Positions 61,101 to 64,000 of a stretch of DNA of 64,000 nucleotides are shown here, in pieces. Both the position numbers and the translations under genes were made by a program. How positions within the stretch are numbered: the first letter of the stretch is position 1; each line of letters opens with the position of its first letter. Source of the DNA: Torpedo marmorata (lineage: Eukaryota); NCBI GenBank assembly GCA_977017645.1, contig OZ360224.1:9982001-10046000 (forward strand). Direction: 5' to 3'. Under the pieces are notes generated by a model that did no database searches, was not told the origin of the DNA, and saw only the letters and a program-made list of their open reading frames with translations.

Positions 61101-62770
61101 AATTGAATTAAAATGAATATTTTTCCAAGAATTCAATATCTTTTTCAATCAATTCCTTATGAAATTCCTCAAAATTTTTTTAAAGATTTAAATTCAATTA
61201 TTAGAAAATTTTTATGGAAAGGAAAGTTAGCAAGAGTAGGTATGGAGAAACGAACTTGGAATTATGAAATGGGTGGTTTACAACTTCCTAATTTCCAAAA
61301 TTATTATAAAGCAGCTCAATTAAAATGTGTTAATGAATTTTTTGATTCAACTAAATCTTCTGCTTGGATTAAAATAGAATTAAATAATATAGGAGAAGAT
61401 TCCAAAGAAGTTGTTACTTATAAATGGGATTCTAAATTATTATCAACAAGAAAGAAAAATTCTCCTATTCTTAAACATTTGTTAGAAATATGGAATAACG
61501 GATAAGGAAATAGGAGGAAAAGGATTGATTTCTTCAAGGATGCCTTTATATTAAAATGGACTTATTCCATTTACTATTAATAATCAATTATTTAAAATTT
61601 GGTTTCAAAAAGGAATTAAGAAAATAAATGATTGTTTTGAAGCTGGGAAATTTATTACTTTTCAAAGAATGAAAGATAAATTTAATATATTAGATAACAC
61701 ACTTTTTGCTTATTATCAAATTAGAGCTTTTCTGACTGAGAAATTAGGTTATGCTTTGATTTTACCAAGACAGAATGAATTAGAATTATTAGTTACTAAA
61801 GGAGATGTAAATAAATTTATTTCTCAAATGTATAAATTGTTTCAGAGGAAAATTCCTAAAGTAGGAATTCATAAATCAAGATTAAAATGGGAATTAGATT
61901 TGAATGTAATAATAGATGAAAATTATTGGAAAGAATTATGTAAATTAAGTATGACGAAGATTATTAATGTTAGATATAGATTAGTACAACACAATTTTTT
62001 TCATCAATTATATTTAACACCTAAAAAACTAAAGAAATTTAATCCGACATTATCAGGTTTATGTTTTAGATGTAATAAAGAGGAAGGTTCTTTTGTACAT
62101 TCTACATGGTTTTGTCCAAAAGTTTATGATTTTTGGTTGAAAGTTAAAAAATTTTTAGATAAAGTATTTAAGATTATATTTCCAATGGATCCTATGATAT
62201 TTTTGTTCGGAGATATTAGAAAATTTAGTATTAAGATGAAATTAAACATGTATCAAATAGAATTTTTGCGAATTGCTTTAGCTGTTTCAAAGAAATGTAT
62301 TGCTATTACTTGGAAATCTGATTTAGATTTAGGATTAGAAAGATGGCATGCAGAACTTCGTTCGTGTATACCACTTGAAAAAATTACTTATAATTTACGT
62401 AATAAATATCATTTTTTCTTAAAAATTTTGAGCCCATATATGAAAGTTGTTGGTTTAAGGATTTGAAGATCTCTGGATATCGGATCTACTGGCATACCTG
62501 ACCTCCATAATAGAATTAGTTTATAGATGTATGTTTTTTTTAAAATTGGCATTCTCCTTACTCTATCCTTTTTCTTTCTTCTTTTTTTTTCCTCTTTTTC
62601 TATTTTTATTTTATATATTTTTTTATTTTTATTAGATTAGTGGGGTTGGGAGGGTTGGGGAGGGGAGGGTGGGAGGGGGGTGAAAATGTATCACAAATAT
62701 TTTGATAATTTCATATTTTATTTTATGTATTTTGTGATTTAAAATTTTTAAATAAAATATTTTAAAAAAA
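61101..62770 (+). mobile_element. L1-clade LINE, 5'-truncated; same subfamily as 14934-23177
   Basis: ORF2 pieces 61113-61505 and 61669-62466, G-rich 3' UTR, AATAAA and poly(A). 16-bp TSD AAGAAGGATGGATGGT at 61085-61100 and 62769-62784. Confidence 0.93.
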
Positions 62771-64000
62771 GAAGGATGGATGGTTTGGTGAAATGAAGGT
62801 AAACCCTACTTTGTAATCTTAGACTCTGGCTTGGCAGCATTGGCCATCCCTTAGGAAACATGTCATGACCACTTTTTCATCATGTTATTTGTGTAATGTG
62901 TCTTATTTGTAGACAGCTGCTACAGTAATGGTAAAAGGGAGAGCAAATTAGAGATCAGAACTGGTCTAAAGCATCTCTGACAATGGTGTAACCAGTGTTA
63001 AGCTGTTCCAAGAAGAATGTTAAAACCCCAGATCAGCTAATTTGACATTTTGTTGTTTTTTTTGTGCACTTACTAGGTTTCAACTTTTTATTTGAACATT
63101 ACCCTTTTTAAAAATGAGCTACTGTATATAAATATATTGTCCAAATTTAATTCAGCACAACTTCAAAATCGTTATCAATGTATTCATTTTTGGAGTACTT
63201 CAGTGTGATGGACACCCCCACATAGGATATTGTCCCTCTGGCCTCAAAGCACAGGAACCATTATGCTCTGAGGATTATTCAATAATTTCAGTTTATATCT
63301 TTCCCTGCAACTTTCAATCCTGTCCCTCAACAAATATTGACCCAGCTGTTTTCCTATGAAGGAGTTAATTGACAGAAAATTAATTGTGTTTACTGGGAGT
63401 CTGCTTTACATATTCATCACACTATGGGAAAATGTTCTCTATGTTTGCACTAGTCTCACTGAAATAAGGGAATTGTATCACACCAGTGAATGCAAAAATG
63501 CTGCAAAGCCAAACAGGAGCAATGTGGTGTGATAATAGTAGCACCTGGGAATTTAATGTGTTCTTCAGAATTTCTTCTACTATCTTTAGAGAAGTTGCAA
63601 TCTATTTAATTTACGTGGATCATGCTTATTGTGCTGGCTCAAGCGGCAGAGAGGGGAGTTTCAGAATAATACAATACATGTATTCAGAAAGTACTCACTG
63701 TAATTACAATGCTCTCTGTGAATTAGCAGCACACATCTATTTAAGCAAGGCACCACATTTAAACTTCTTGAACTCCTGTACACATTTTTATAAGTGTATT
63801 GTTTTTGGAGAAGGAATGAAAATAAGGCCAATGATTTAAAGATAGTGGTTGATATTTTTCCTGACCAATCTTCAACCATTGACTCTCCTTCTTAAACTCA
63901 TGGCAGAATTTCCACCTTCAAAACAACATCCATCTTCCAAACCTTTTTCATGTGCAAGCCAGAAATGACAGATCTGAATTCTAGCATATACCTGCTGCGT

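Overview
Repeat-dense eukaryotic DNA, most likely from a cartilaginous fish (shark or ray). This is inferred from an HE1/V-SINE, SacSINE/Deu-like SINEs, CR1 with an esterase ORF1, Rex1/Babar and Penelope elements. I found no recognisable host protein-coding gene; there is only a CpG-rich unique stretch near 35.5-36 kb and a few weak exon candidates. The window is a stack of nested mobile elements, many with readable target-site duplications (TSDs): a pogo transposon end, a full-length Neptune-type Penelope element with hammerhead-like motifs, palindromic Penelope mini-elements, CR1, Rex1/Babar, several L1 copies (two with twin-priming-type inversions), MITEs, three solo LTRs and a protease-deleted CsRN1-type Gypsy element. 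The most striking object is a very young BEL/Pao LTR element (15204-21325; LTRs identical by eye; 5-bp TSD). Its single intact ORF of about 1290 aa keeps Gag and protease but has lost RT, RNase H and integrase. It carries an N-terminal SAFB/SLTM-like SAP domain and a C-terminal coiled coil that looks captured from the host gene MIPOL1. All homology calls are from recall of protein families, not from database searches.
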